Counted from the stretch's first letter, positions 35,713 to 50,702 are shown. The stretch is 64,000 bases of DNA from Entomortierella parvispora E1425 (GCA_020891255.1 BQFW01000002.1:3100001-3164000), one strand, 5' to 3'. The notes: generated by a model not told the origin, from the letters alone. Made by a program: numbers and translations.

Positions 35713-38225
35713 TCAAAACTCGATCAAGGGCTTTTCTTCCACTGGCGGAACAGGCGCACTCTGGGGTGGCTGCTGCTGCTGATGAGGCAATGGCTGGCTC
35801 TGTTGTGGTGGCTGTTGTTGGTAAGGATCGTTGTACGGTGCGTACGCTTGCATGGTCGACGGCTGCTCTGGGCCAGAACTGAAACCCGGTGCGTGCGCAG
35901 TCATCGGGGCATAGCCAGGGAACTGCCCGACTTGTTGTGCTGGAGGCGATGCGACAGAGGTCAACGGCACTGGGATAGAGCCCGGTGCTGTCACTGACGT
36001 CTGATAGTGCTCTGCAAAGGTGTTGCCGGAACTTGGGGGTGGGGCTGAAGCGAATGGTGCTGGAGCATATCCTTGCTCTGGAATATATGGAGCGTAATGT
36101 TGTTGCGGAGGCTGATAGGGTTGTTGCAGAGTAGGTGCATACGCTCCATATTGCGGCTCATTTCCTGGCAAATGACTGTAAGCTAGGCTGTTCACAGGTG
36201 CGAACGATGGCGCTGTCTCCCCTCCCGGATGATACTGCTGCTGCTGAAGTCCAGGGTTTCCATAAGCGTTCGCTCCCATGCGTTGCCTGTATGTTGAATT
36301 GAGTCGCTCCTGGAGCAAATGATCATACATTTTTACAGCCTGGTCGATCCTGGCATTGAAATCCATCGCATCCTCTGTGAGAGCAAAAAGAGTTGCTTTG
36401 AATATTAGTTGCTGGCGCTTTTACTATATCGTCACCAGATCCGAGATTATCCTTACGTTGCTTCTTGGCAGCATCCTCAAGACTGAGCGAGACCTTGGTC
36501 TGCAATTTCGATATTTGTTCATAAAGGGCCTGCACTTCCCGATTACCGGCGACATCGCCCTGCATCATCTGTATCTTGTCCACAAGCGAAGCAAACAACT
36601 CGATATTATCCTTTTCAGTAGCAGTCAGCTCATCTGAAGTCGCTCTGACGGTAGCAGGGGTCTACGGAAAACGTCAGGATTATAACGTCAGTTTTTGTGA
36701 CCAATTTCATGGCGCCAGGGTTCCATGATTCTTGTCTTACCTCTGATGCTTGCTGGTAGGTATACGCTTGGTAGTGCGACGATTTTTGTTCTGCACTAGC
36801 TTTTGCTGCGGGCTCGGATATACGTGTCTCCTTCAAAGACGCCTCAATAGCCGCCAACAAATCTGCATCCTCCTCGTCGGCAGCTGGAACCGCCGATCTC
36901 TGAGCCGGTTGTGAGCTCTGACGATCAGAGGGGGCCGAGTATCCAGGCTGAGAGTTGGCTTCCTTGAGAGAGAGCTCAATCGCTTTGCGCAAATCTTCGT
37001 CGTCGTTGCTCGAGTCGGCTGTAGCTAAAGTGCTGGTAGGTTGCGCAGGTCTACTAGGATGGATGACTTCTGCCGCTCCTCCAAGTCCATAGTCATGGAT
37101 CGGAGTGCCCTTTCCGCCAATTTTCTTTTTCATCCAGCAGCCATCGCAGACTCGCACTTCCTGAGTAACTCCAAGGTGTGGAAGGGACATGGTCTTGCTG
37201 GAGCACTGTCCGCAGTAAGTAGATCCACAGGCGCGGCAATGATGCTTGCGATTTGTGAGCGTGAACGTTGTCCTGCATCGAGTACACACATCAGAGTCAG
37301 TCCAGTCTGGAGGCTATTGAAAAGACGAGATGGATGGTTGTCCGGTGAGCATTTGCCATATTTTTCAAAAGTTACGCAGTCAAGGTCATGGGATTTTTTT
37401 TTTTTTTGACAACTTACTGCTTCAGTCTCCACAATCGCAGCGCCTACATTGTCTGCAGGTGGGAACTCGAAACCCTCATGCTGGAGAATCATATAAGTGT
37501 CACAGACATATCCAAGACCTGGCTTTCCTCGAAACAAACGGCCCCAAGTCTGCAGCAATGCCAAGATCCTGTTCTTGACATCCACATTACAGCCCTAGTT
37601 GAGAAAAGTGAATGTCAGTTTCGTGGGACGAGAGGGATGCAAACTAAGCGGGACGGTCTCCTGTTGCTCTTACAGGTGCCTTCAGGATTGATGTCAGGTT
37701 ATCGGTGAATTCTCGGGACGCCACCTCGATCAAGAAATGTTGACCTCCGTTCTTGACACACACGTCAGTGAGCTAGAAAAAAAAAGTCGGTTGAGTTATT
37801 TCGTCATTTTTCTGAGCAGACAACGGCCTTGCTCTCACAATAGTCGACATTGTTCATCCAGTATCCTCTTCTTACCCCGAGGGCAAGCAGCTGGACATTG
37901 GGGTTCTTATGGCTGATGCGTCGTTTGAGGGCCTTTGTGGCGTCCTTGGGCGAGACTTGCTTGGATCGGATCTGGTCACAGATCTCGAGGTTCAGCGCCA
38001 AGTCCTCGGTGCCCGCAGGGAGATTCTCGGAAGTGGCCTTGTCTGTTCAATAGCATAGGGGACAAGTGACGATTAGCCGTCTGGTTCCTGAGCATAGAGC
38101 GCGTGCTGACTAGGTGCATGCAAGCGGGCATGGCATGTGAGCATGATGAAAAGAAGAGAAAGGAAAGCTTGGCGTTTACCGATTTGCTCGTCCAATGGCG
38201 AGGTCGTTGAGAACCATGAGGACAT
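35713..38225 (-). CDS. VPS27: ESCRT-0 subunit Vps27/Hrs (VHS, FYVE, 2 UIM)
   Basis: [16 protein letters not shown]...[23 protein letters not shown], UIMs [14 protein letters not shown] and [15 protein letters not shown]-terminal clathrin box PLIEF. Confidence 0.94.
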
Positions 38226-38762
38226 GAGAGTAGTGGTGGTGTGTGGGGAGGGGAATGAATCAAGAAGAGGAGGGAGACAGGGAGTAGAGGAGAGGAGAGA
38301 AGAGGAGAGGAGGAAGAAGGAAGAAGGAATGAAGAAAAGAGATGAAAAAGTCAAGGAAGGAAGGAAGGCGAGGAAGGGTTCAATAAGAGAGGACAGCGAA
38401 GCTGGTTGGTCCAGGGGGAGAACACGACGAGGACAGGACGACGACACGGGCAGACTGGGCGGAGAGAGGGAGAGGGGAGAAGAGTCGATCTGATCTGCGC
38501 ACAGTCCACAGTGAACAGCGGGTCGGTCTGTTCTGGTCTGTCTGAGTGAGTCGTGTCCAGGCGCAGCTCTTTTTATTTTTATTTTTTATTTTTTATTCTT
38601 TATTCTTCCCTCTTCTCTCTCCTCTCTCTGCTCTTCTTCCACCCACCCCTTCCTTGTCCGTCTTTCTCTCCTCTCCTCTCCTCTCACTCTCTCCTCTCCT
38701 CTTCTCTCACTTTCTCCCACGCTCGCCGTGTCAGCAGGACTCTTAATCACTCGGCCCGGCCA

Positions 38763-41700
38763 ATGGACATGCCTCCTGCTAATGCCATTCCTGTGGGCTC
38801 ATGGGACCTACCCCATGGCCTCAGCCTCGACTCGCCTTCCTCCGACCCGGTGACCCTGAATACCGCCCGCTACAACTGGAATGCCCCGCAGAGTCGAGAC
38901 CAGAGCCAGATACTCTTCAACCTTCTCCAGGATCTGCGTCATCAGGGCTACCTGTGGCTCAAGACTCTCCCTCCCCCAGGCAATCGCATACAGATCTATG
39001 TCTTGGACACTACGAACCTAAAGCTGGATCACGAACCCGCCATGAAGGCTCTCGAGCTAGTCCTTCTCCACCTCAATGTCGATCCAGACGCGTTCATGGA
39101 TCCATCTTCACAGAGTCGGAGAACCCTCTTTCAGGACGACTGGAGCAAAAATCTATACGATATCTACATGGACATTCCATCGCCGTACTCTGCAAAGGAT
39201 CCTATCAAGGCCAACAGTATGGAAAACACCGAGAGCAATGAAGGCTCCCTACTAGCATTGGAGGCACTGGAACCTGGCTGCCTTCCAGGAATGAGGACAG
39301 AGCTATACCCTTACCAAAAACACTCTGTCTGGAAAATGATGACAAGGGAACGCTGCCCAAATTTTCTTTACGACCCTTCCGTTGTTTCTGCACTTGACAT
39401 GGATAAGCGACCCTACTTTTTAAGCATCAAGCCTGCAGGAGTTGCTGGCGTGTACCGTCAAATGACATCGCGGTTCGATGATACCCGAGGTGGCATCCTT
39501 TGCGAGGAAATGGTAGGAATTCCAGCTTCGAAGCTGTCCTCTGAACGACATGGTGGCTAAAGTCTCATAGTGGTTACAATTTATCTTGATATTAGGGGAG
39601 CGGAAAGACCATCATCTGCATTGCCCTTATTCTTCTCACAAAGGATCATTTCAGTGTACCACCCCTTGGCATATCCCGCCATTGTGTTGTGAACAACCAA
39701 TTGTATGAATGGGATATCCTGCGCGAGTCCTTTATCAAGGCCGATGCCAAAGTCCCCTCACTTTTTGATCAGGCACTCGTAACAGCGAGAATGCATGGAC
39801 TTCCATATCGACAATGGGAACACAGTCTGGGAATCAATGCGGAAAAACTGGACAACGTACATGTCTACTACTATCCAACCATCAACAATGCTCGATCTGG
39901 CCGATTACGAGGCAAATTGGACAGGAAAGAAAAGAAAAAAGTGTACCTGTCCAGAACAACACTTGTCGTCGTGCCGGATAATTTGATGGATCAATGGGCT
40001 CTTGAGATCTACAAGGTAATGCGTGTGGGGTCGTTCTGAAGTTGAAAAACACCAAAGGATCATGGCAAAGCTGACGGTCGGACTAAAATAAAATCTGCCC
40101 TTTCCTCTACGATTTGATCTCCTCAGCATACAGAGTCTGATAAGAACGCACTGAGCTTCCTCACGATTCCAAATGGTCATCAAGTCATCCCTGAGCCCCT
40201 GGAACTCATGAAGTACGATCTTGTTCTCATCGCTCAAAATCGCCTTTCCACGGAACATAAGCGAACGAAACGTAAATTCATAGGAAGACGGGCAATGTCT
40301 CTTTGCTTCTGGCGTTTGCAGGAACTCAGTATGTTCAATGGTCTTTACTCGCTCCTGACCCCTCCGAGTTTTTCTCTTGTATCGAATAGCTACAAAAGGA
40401 GCAATATGCAATGAATGCAGCGTGTTGTACCGGAAGCATTGCCCTCACGTTTCTTGGGTAGACTCTCCTTTGAGGAGAATCCATTGGCAGCGAGTGATCG
40501 TTGACGAGGGTCATTCCATGGCCTCCAAATGGACTGACTGTGCCCTTCTTGTCGAGGATCTCTTTGTGAGCTATCGCTGGCTATGCACAGGAACCCCGAC
40601 CCCCAATCTGGCCCAACTGGAGGTGACAGAGCAGGCCCGGGTGACGGATCAAGACATCGATCGGCTTTCAAACATGTTTGCGTCCTTTTTCAAAATCGGT
40701 CCTTTTGACAGCGACCTCTTGACTCTCAGGAATGCCGTAGTGGCGCATGCAAAGATCAGCGGCCAACGATTGTCGTCAATAAGCCACGGCGGTAGCTCGT
40801 TACAATCATCGTCCACCTCATTGGTGGTCCTCAGTGCGATTGCTCGACTCGGACGACTCCTGGACAGGGTCATGGTCCGGAATCGACGTCAGGATCTGCG
40901 AAAGGACATCGAGTTACCTCCGCTGTATGAGCGTGTGGTCGAGCTGGACCTCGATCGAATTCAAGCCATGACCCTCAACTGCCAGATTGCCCAGATCCAG
41001 GCCAACGCCGTTCTGTCCCAACGAGAAGACGAGGATTATTTCTTTCACGAGAGAAATACAAAGCATTTGGCCCAAGCCATCAAGAACTTGAATGCGTGCT
41101 GCTTTTGGTATCCAGGAGGCGACGATTTCAAGGACTCGTTGGAGCAGACGCTCGGTCACGTCCAAGAGGCACAATATCGACAGCAGCAACCAGATTGCCT
41201 TGATCGTTACTCGGACGAGGACCTGCAGCTCTTGATGGAGATTCGGGATCATGTTCAGAATGCGCTTTCGGATCCTGCATGGCTCAAGATCCAACACAAG
41301 AAAGAAGTCGCGTACTATTGCCGTGATATCCCCTTGGATCTGCAGACCAAAGTCCTTGTTCCCGCCTACAAGCACGGGTTGTCCGCGTCCAATCGGGTGT
41401 GTATCGCGTCTGGAGATGACATTCGGGCCTTGAGGAAATCAGTGGCGATTGCAACCTCCCAACCTGACCCTTTGATCGACCAGTTACACCCACTCTCAAA
41501 AGACAAGGAGAATACGGACGAGATGTCGGAGGACGTGAGGGTACAGCTTTCAAAAGCTGTCGTTGAATCGAGCACGTCGACAAAACTCAATTACATTGTC
41601 GAACAGGTGCTGAAATACCATGGCCAGGAAAAGAGCATTGTCTTTTGTCAGACGGACGATGCCGTTTATTATATCCGAGAATACCTCGAATTGGCCAAAA

Positions 41701-42858
41701 TTCGCTGTCTCGTTTATCATGGAAAGATGGTAAAGTGTCAATCCATCCCCTTTCTCGATGAATGGAGTTTAGCGTGGAGTATTTTTTTTTTTTTTTTTTT
41801 TCAAACGATTTCTTTTCTGTTTATTGACACATGAATGTCTTCGAAACGGGTAGTCGCTACGGGAAAGATCAAGTGCAATCACGACTTTTATGTCCAGCGA
41901 GAACGCGGCGGTCCTCATCATGAACATTGATATTGCTGCCTACGGTATCAATCTCCCAACAGCCTCGAGGGTCTACTTTGTCTCGCCTGTGTGGGAGGCA
42001 GCCAAGAGGCAGCAGGCCATCAAGCGTGCCCATCGAATTGGTCAAACTCGCCCTGTTTACGTGGAAACTTTGGTGGTCCGGGACAGCTTTGAGCACTGGA
42101 TCCTGGATCGCAGTGTTGCACGCGAGAATGAAAAGAACCTTGGCCGTGGCGGCACGGACGCTGTCGGAGGGCGGGCCCACAGAGCGTTGGCCTCGGACAA
42201 GGTGATGCACGAATTGTTCAAGACGCTAAAGTTCTTTCATCCCATGTCTCGAACGAGGGGCTCCTCGCACCAAGAGATTGATTTGCATTCGCTGGAAATC
42301 CCAGTCATATACCCAACGCGACAACCAAACGCTCAGAACCGGCGCGTCATCGAGGAAGAAGAGAAACACGATGTGAATACCGACGCGGATGATGTTCTGA
42401 TGGGCGAGCAATCACATGGTCGTTCGGAGGGATCCCCGCCTCAACGGCCAAGTAAAGTTCGATTTGCGTCTTTGGAAGTGAGCGACACAGATATGGAAGG
42501 AATTATGGAAAGTTCGGGATCCAGATCGCGAGAGGTCGTGGACATGGGGATGAGGGTGGATATTGATCAGGACGAAGAGTATGATGACTGGAGTGACGGA
42601 GAAGGCGATAGAGAGATCATACTTGAAGACGAGCCTCAAATGATGTCTGATGCCTCCGCTCCCGAAAAGCATATTGCCTTGACTGAGGAAAATGAAAATG
42701 ATCTGCCATCACCTGTTCCTGAAGTGATGGATATCTCGAGTGAGTCTGAGCCCTGCCACTTGGTCTCTCCGTCTGCAGTCCTTGATGGCGGTCAAAGGAG
42801 AGAAGCCTCTAAAGACCTGGAGAATGGTCACGGTTTGAAGAGGATTCGATTTGAATAG
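38763..42858 (+). CDS. SNF2-family (RAD5/RAD16-like) helicase/ATPase, multi-exon
   Basis: LYPYQK, GGILCEEM|GSGKT (Walker A), TLVVVP, RVIVDEGH, RWLCTGTP, KSIVFCQ, YGINLPTASRV and QAIKRAHRIGQ. Confidence 0.88.
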
Positions 42859-43176
42859 CCCATTGTACTTGAAATCAAAACCACGCTTCATAAAGTCTAT
42901 GCTGCAATTCAAATGAATTACCATGGTTTAGTTGTGCTTTTGTCTTCGAGGGTAACTCTGGAAAATTTCCAGAGTAAGGTTGCACCATGGTCTATGCATG
43001 GCCATGTTATTTCTTTGGGTTGTTGGCTCTGGCTAGATCTCCTCATCACAACGAAGGAATGCAAGCAGGATATCCGAATGGTAATGTACAATATATATTT
43101 TAAATGGTGATTTCTCCTGAAAGGATAGATGGTCTGTAGTATAACTTTTGCCCTCCTCGTTCTTTTCTCCCCTTGT

Positions 43177-46100
43177 CTAAAGCCCATGGTGTGGCTCATC
43201 CTCATCCGAGTGCTCTTGAGAAAAGGCCGTGACAAAAGAATCGTCCGTACGATTTGTCATCACCGTGGCAATGGACGGGTTTCTGTTCAAATACGATTGG
43301 TTCGGCACCGAAGAGGGTTGATGATAGTTGCTATTGCTGCTATTGTTGCTGTGGTAAGGATCCGAGAAGTAAGAGGGGGCGTCCTGATAGTCGGTTCTGG
43401 AGCTGGTAGCAGACTGAACGGACGATTGACGACTCAGGTACTCTGCGCCGAGTAAACCGGAAGGATAACCTCCAGGACTCGACCCAAGGGCCACGTGAGG
43501 TAAGGAGACAGAGGAGCCTTGTCCTGATCCCATGGATCCCGAGCCCGATCCCGAGTTTGATCCTGGAGCCAAGCTGCCCACACTTGCGAACTGGAACGAA
43601 GGCGAGTGGAGCGGTGTCTGAGCCAGGGGTCGGCTAGAGAAGGAGGATTTCGACCGCACCTTTTGGATGCCAGATTGGCGATGCAAGGATGCTCCTGCAG
43701 GGGAAGTGGGCCGAGACGAGGCGTTGTAGCCAGAAGAAGAAGGTCCGGAAAGAGTTCTCGTCATTGAGCTTCCCGGCTGCAGGTGCCCCTCTGGAGTGGA
43801 TGAGGATGACATTGAAGACGATGGTCTTGGGACCCCACCCGCTCTTGAATCCATGCCTGTGGCGTGAACAGCTGCTGTACTATTCGACGGTGTGGACGAA
43901 TTGGAAACCAGTCGCGTATCAAACATACTTTGTCGAGGTGTTCGGTCCGGATCAAATGCGCCACTAGATCCTCCAGCGGTCAAATAATCCTCTTGATGTC
44001 GCTGCTGCTGGTACGGATAGTGTTGCAGTTTTTGAGTGGAGTGAGTGGACATCCTTTGAAGGCTGTCGTGATCGTCGTCATCAGAGTCACCTTCCATCAC
44101 AGGCATCAACATGTCATATTTCTCCACGGACATGGAATCGTCAAAGTCATCTACGTGCAAAAGATCCAGTGGACCGTCATCGTCTTCCTCCGCACGCACC
44201 ACCTTGGCCCTCTGTCCATGACTGGAGAAAGTGGAAGAGCTACCTCGACTCAGAATCGACTCACTATCATCGCCTTCGTCATTCATGTCGCCAGCAAGTC
44301 GAATAGACGAATCCGGGAAGATACGACCCAGAATCTCTTGCATGCGCCCTGCACTAGCCGCAATATTCGTTTTCGGACTGGGTTGACTGTCTGTCGGGCT
44401 CGTCGTGGACGACGAATCCTGTCCACTGGCACCTCCCCTGATCTTTGCTTGATCCTTAGCAGATGTTGACGAAGGAGACGACAGGAGGAGCGACCCTGAA
44501 GATAACGTGGAGTCGGCTTCAGGATGTGAAGTGATCTGCTGCTGGTTGGTTTCCAAACGAGGCAACAACAGCGGGGGCATGGAGGGCGCAGCTATGGATG
44601 CTGTTGCTGCTGCCGCTGTTGCCGCCGCCGCTTCTGCTGCTGCTGCCTCTGCTGCCGATCCTTCCTGCTCCGTGGCCGAGTCATGAAGGTATCGAACTGC
44701 CTTCTTCTCGGGTCCTTTGAACACCTTCAGGGTGCCACCTCCTTGCAGTAACAAAGGTGAATCGGCTCTCAGAGCCTCTGCAATATTGTTGCTACTCTCG
44801 GCAGAGTGTCGAGGCGGGTATATCTGACTTCCACCTCCAAGAGTGCTCAACCTAGCGGAGGATGCCCTCCTTGAGTCTCTGTCAGAGTTCGATGTATTAC
44901 CGCCATGCTCAGAGTGGGAGCTCGAGTCCAGTCCTGCCAGTCCTGCCATCAACGAGGCTCGGTCGCCGGCAATGGATCCTGTGATCGAACCTGCAGTACT
45001 TGTTCCAGTGCCCCGCATAGATCCAGCGCTTGGCAGATGGCTCAGTGACGATCCCACGCCAGCCCCGGATACGGTGGCTCCTGTTCCTAATCCAGAAGGA
45101 CCCACACCCTTGGACCGTGCATGGCCAAGGGTCTGCACCGAAGCCAGAGTTCCTCCCGAGCTTTGTCGAATCAGACTTGAATGGGCAAAAGGCGCTTGCT
45201 GTCGCTGTGATTCCGCTGATGAAACCAGACTTCCGTTTCTAGAGATCATGGCTGTTGGATTCGCCACAAACAAATTCCGGTTTTCCTCGTAACCACGGTC
45301 GGACTCTTGGAAGAATCGGGAGATGCCCAAAGAATTCAGCTCCCTCAATTGATCGCCACCAACCTGGGAGCCAGTTTCGTCCGCATGCCTTGCAACAAAG
45401 GAAGACGCGGACGAAGGCTCCTGGACGAGTTCCCGGCGAGGCGGTCGGATGACTTCAAAGGGCTTGGGCTTGGTGCCATTTCCATTGGAGGAGGCACCTC
45501 GACCAGCTCGCCTTCCGAACTTGAAGACGTTCCCGAGAGAGGCTATTACGCCGGCCAACACCCCTGTGCCGCCGCTGCCGCTGGGCATCGACTTTGCATC
45601 TTGAACAGCAGAAGAATCCTGCTCTGTTTTGGCGGGCTGGTAGAGATGAGGACCATCTCGAGTGATGTCGGACATGCGTCTGGTGCGGGGATCCTGTTGT
45701 TGCTGAGACATCCTCTGGAAATTGGCGTACGACTCTCTTTGTGGCAGTCCTACCCCTGCACCAGATGTTGCGCCGAGTTGTTCAGTAACACTGCTTTTCT
45801 CCAACGTGCCACTTTCACTCTCAGCAGTCTGAGAGGGCTGTTTAGGAGGGGCAGGGGCCGTGTTCACAGTGGCCTCGGCAATAGCTGCAGCTGTCAGAGG
45901 CACCAAAGTATCCAGCCCCCTCTCTGCAATCGACTCCTCGGCTGCGCAACCGATTTCTGACGTGGAAGACTGTTTGAGTCTGGAGCGGCGGTTATCCAAG
46001 AGTCGAGACTGTCGATACCTTTCTGCCGGGGATCCATAAAGGAACGCGTCTTCCTCTGTGTTGTCTCCAAGTCGAGACACCCGTTGTTGGTGAGGTGAGG

Positions 46101-49100
46101 AGGGTGCATGCAAAGCTCTCTGCATCGAGTCGACCCGAGTGTTATGACTGCTGCTTCCCAAGGAGGAATAAGATACCACAGTGAAGCGCTTGTTCCTAGC
46201 CGGACCCGATCCGTCGTCATCGTCGTCGCCATCGTGTGTTGCAACGGGGATGCCTCTGGTGTGCACTCCACCCCCAGAGAGAGGACGACTGGTCAAGCCC
46301 CATCCTGGCTCTGTGCCTTCGATTGGGTCCTCAAAGTTGTAGGTTTTGGTGGGTCCTTTCCACTTGTCCGAGTGCCTCATTTTCCAGAACATGACAACCT
46401 GGATCAGATTCCAGAGCAAGAGCGCAAAGATCACAATAAACACCGCAAGATGGAGCGACATTTGAATATAAGCAAAGAGCTCACGGACTTCGGGCGAGGC
46501 CTCGACCTGAGGAAGATAGGCGATCGTACAGCCGGTAATTGCAATCCGAATAACGCTCAGGAACAGATGGAACTTGTTGTCCCCAGACTCGGCATAGGGC
46601 CACTTGACTGCAATGACAAGAAGGTAGCCTACCTCGACTACCATCAAGATTGCCACCTGAGCGACCCCAAAGGACGACAACATGGCCACGGACAGTCCCC
46701 AGAGAAAACGGACCAGCAACGTGACCAGGAAGAACAGGGTCCCCTCATGAGCCAGAGTGTTGTAGAGTGTCCCGTACTTTAGCAGGGTCCCTTGATCATC
46801 GTACAAAAGAAGCTCGGACGAAGCTCGCAGGATCCTCCAAGTAAAGAAGATGGTTGCGCCCACAGAAAGTATCAAAAGGGATGCTGCTGAAATAACTGTC
46901 CTGGCCACGCTTCCAGAAATAGTCAGCTGATACATGGCCGACAGAGCCAGGGGAGTGTAGATCAAGCACCAAACACGGAGCAAGTTTCCTATAGTAAAAG
47001 AGGGCGGAGTACTTTTGTGAGTACCTCCTGCTGCGTCACATTTAGGGGCTCTTCTGTTCCTGAAAGTATGGCTTACCAACAACAAAGTTGAGGGCATGCT
47101 CTAAAGTTTTTCCTCGCTGATGCTTTTCTTTGGCCATAATCCATGCGAACCCGAGCAATGCTGCAGAGACCAGGAGCGACCCTACTGCCGCCAAGGCCGC
47201 ATTGATCAGTGTACCCAAGAACAAATCCAAGGGAAAGGCGCCAATGGCTGCAGCATAGGACTCGATCCCGAACCTGGAGACGTTGTATTGCACGTTGGTT
47301 CCGCTTGTGTTTGTGAAGGGGTCGGTAATAGTCGGGATCACAAGAGTAGATGTAGGAGCAATGTAGGAGGTTCGACTAGGCGGAGGACGTGTTGGTGGAG
47401 GCTGCCTTGCAGAGGTGGACTTTGAGCGTGGCGGAGAGCGCGAGCTAGGTGGGGTTGGATCTGAATCGTCTGTTGAAGTGGTGGTTGTGGTCGTAGTGGT
47501 CGTAGTGGTGGCCGATGGTGAGGATGTAGGCGAGCTGACTGCTGTGTCTGTGGTCGCAGTAATCTCCTGTCGCCGTTGCAATGGCCTGCTGGTGAGAGAT
47601 GGTCCGTGTCTTAAACTTTCATAGACTCCTTGCAGCGCCAGGTCGTGAGCAATGGCCCTGCTCTTTGCTTCCCGCCATTCGCGGTAAAAGCGATCCATGT
47701 CTCTCTTGAGAATGCTACTACTACTGTTATTATTGCTGCCATCAAGAGTGGAGAGATCTCTCACGCTATCAAGGGTGCTGTTGCCGACTCTGATTTGGTT
47801 CTGATTGACGGATCCTGGACCGCCATACTTGAGCACATCTGTCGCATTTGCAGGTCCTTTTCCCGCTAGAGAATCCTTAAACTCCAGAAAAGACCAGTGA
47901 AAAAGTGCTGTGAAGGTAGGATAAAAGGACGGATAGTTGACAGAGAGCTGTCCTGTCATGACCATGAACTGGGTATAAAATATAATGTCGAAGAAACCTG
48001 GTGTGTGCACCGCAATGGCCTCTGACGCCAAGCCATATGTTGCAGCTGCTCCCAACAGCCCATTGCCGACTGCTGCCCGCATCATGGTCGCTACAAGTCC
48101 CAGTGTCCCAGAGAGACAAGCCAATGCCAGCGGCAAATAGCTTAGTGCGGTATTGACGTTGGGCATGGTCTGCTCCAACAATATGGACACGCAGACAATG
48201 GACTGATTGTTGCTTCCAACGATTTGCAGCGTTACCATGAGCTCTGCATACGGGGCGGATTGAGAGATGTTGAAGCTCTAACAGAGAGGGAGATTCGAGA
48301 TAGAGAGATAGAGAGATAGAGATCGAGAGGCGCCAAAAATAGAGAGGGTAAACATCGTGTTCAAAGTGGGTGAAGCACTCGAGGAGGGCACAAAAAAAGC
48401 AAATTCTTACTGTTTGAAGTCTTCCTGGCCCAGGGGCTGTTGGACAACCACCAACGATGATTCCCCCATCAGGCGAGCATGCAGGACCCTCGCTGCGATA
48501 TAGTTGGGTCCCCATCAGCGTGGTCTGAATGGACGTTCGCCCTAGATTTGACAGAAGGTATTCGTCTGGTTAGTAATCGTGCACCATGCCAGGGACCCCA
48601 TTCCCCCCTCGAGGGGTTTTGTTCTCTACTGCCCTCGCTATCTCCCCGAACGCGCCCTGGTACCCCAAGGGCCGTACTGTGAGATGGAAACTATTTTTGA
48701 TATGCAATCGGTCATCATAAGAACCAAAGAAAAGGAGCGTCCATGGTCGGTTGGTCGCACAGAGTCGACGAGTGCAACCACTCAACTCCATAAAAAGACC
48801 CTTGTTCCCCCTACCCCAAGAAACCGTCGCACTCTTGCAATGAACAAAAAAAACGCGTTCTAAAAATAAGGAAAATAAAATTCTTCCTTCTATTTTGCGC
48901 GCCACCATCACCATTGCATTGCCCCGCACCGTGGAAAGTTGGGCAAGTGGAAAACGCCAACAAGGGAATCGTTCTTTTTTTTTTTTCCTGTGGGCAAAAG
49001 GCCGAAACAAAAACAAAAATAAAAAATAATAACAAAGCGAAAAGGAAGCTTACAGGCACTGGTGGCTGCATCGGTGTACCCCTGGGCCCAGTAGGCGTTG

Positions 49101-49387
49101 GTGAAGTTGCCATCCAATTCTAGCCCGATCGAACTGTTGGCGTGATCATAATAAGCGGTGACCTGCCCGAGCGCAAGAATTGGATTTGGCCCTGAGCAAT
49201 CCACATACGGCCATGCATCTACACCCAGGCCACCCAGACAGATGAGTAGAGCCACCAGGAGTAGTGTCAGAAAGGACCCCGATCCTGACCCTGACCCTGC
49301 CCCTGTCCGAACCCGTTTCCATCTTGAACTGGATCGTGTCCTTGCCAATGTCCTTGTCCTTGCGGTGACTGTCGTTATCTTTGTCAT
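43177..49387 (-). CDS. Fungal TRP-like / flavin-carrier (FLC/Pkd2-type) membrane protein with long disordered C-tail, about 1825 aa
   Basis: Exons 49387-49054, 48541-48411, 48277-47077 and 46988-43177 total 5478 nt in frame. Signal/TM segment, Cys-containing ML-like N-domain, FYTQFMVMTGQLSVNYP, YGTLYNTL and a multi-TM block. Start codon tentative. Confidence 0.78.
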
Positions 49388-50702
49388 CGACGATGCAGCG
49401 GTTACTGCCTCAGTTCCGTTATATGCTCCTATCGGTGTTCCAGACCTTGAAAGCGACTGGGAGGGTGCTATGGACGGTCTTGAGCGGCAGCTATGAAGGG
49501 AGGCGTCGCCTGTCCGGACCTCCCATGGTACTGAGACGTCAAAGAGCATACGCATGCAGGACGGAATAAAGGTGGATATGATCGCGTTCTATGTTTGGGT
49601 GGCAGGCTGAGAGTGGGGCACCGTCACCGTTCGAGAGACGCCAGACACTGTTTGCGTGTCCGTGTTGAGACCGTCGAATGGAAGAGATGGCAAGCAAAGT
49701 GCAGAGAATGCAAACGAGTGGAGACAGAAAAAAAAAGAGAGAGAGAAGAGCGCGGAAAAGGAAAAGAGCACAGCAAGCCGAGTCAGGGCAGGAGAGGAGT
49801 TGATCAGGAAATAGAAAAAAAATGACGAATGGGTTTAGGACGACGTCGAGGAGTAGAAGAGGCGACAGGCGCGGGTCATGACCGAGGAAGAAAGAGAAAG
49901 AGGTGGAATGGACGGAATGGAATGGAATGGATGGAATGAGAAGAAGAAAAGGCAAAAGCGCGAGAAGTGTGAAGTGTGCAGTGTGCAGTGTGGGGATGGA
50001 GTGTGCAGAGTGAGAAGTGAGAAGTGAGAGAAAAGGGGAGAAAGGGGATCAAATTCATTCAACGGTTGGACCCAAACCTCGTTTTATTTCCTAACCCCGA
50101 CTAAATATTAATACTTTATTCTTAGCAAACATCAACAAACGAACAAAGCAACAAATTCTTTTCAGTTTTCACTTCGCTCCTTCCTTCGCTCCTTCCTTCC
50201 TTCGTTTCTTGTTTCTTGTTTCCACTCTTTTACTTCTCTTCATCCTCCACCCTTGTTCCCTTGTTTGCATCCATCATCCCCCTCCTTCTCTCTCTTCATC
50301 CTTCTCCTCTCCTCATGACCATCCCCTCCCTCTAAACGACCCTCTTCTTCATCATCATCTCGTCTCTTCTCTTCTCGTCTCTCCTCGTCTCTCCTTCGAC
50401 AGACTTGACTCTGTCTGTCCCTGGTCTGCCTGTCTGTCTGTCTGTCCTCTCTCTCTCTCTCTCTCTTTGTTCCTGCCCCCCTCGCCATCATCTCGCCCAT
50501 CCTTCCAACACCATCCCGTACCGACCCTTTTTTTGTTCCATTCGAACAATCAAAACGGTGATCCCCTTCTCCCTCTCTCTTTCATCCCCTCCTTTTTTGG
50601 CCCTTCTATACCTCACACCTCACCTTGCCGCTCTGACGATACCTTAATCTACCCTTCCCCTCCATCACCTTTTTTTTCCGACCCTATAAACCCTTTCTCA
50701 TC

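Noticed and set aside
43689-46782. Long antisense ORFs (150-224 aa) opposite the TRP-like gene, and similar ones opposite other CDSs
   Set aside because: Typical shadow ORFs of GC-balanced coding sequence; no independent motifs or splice signals.
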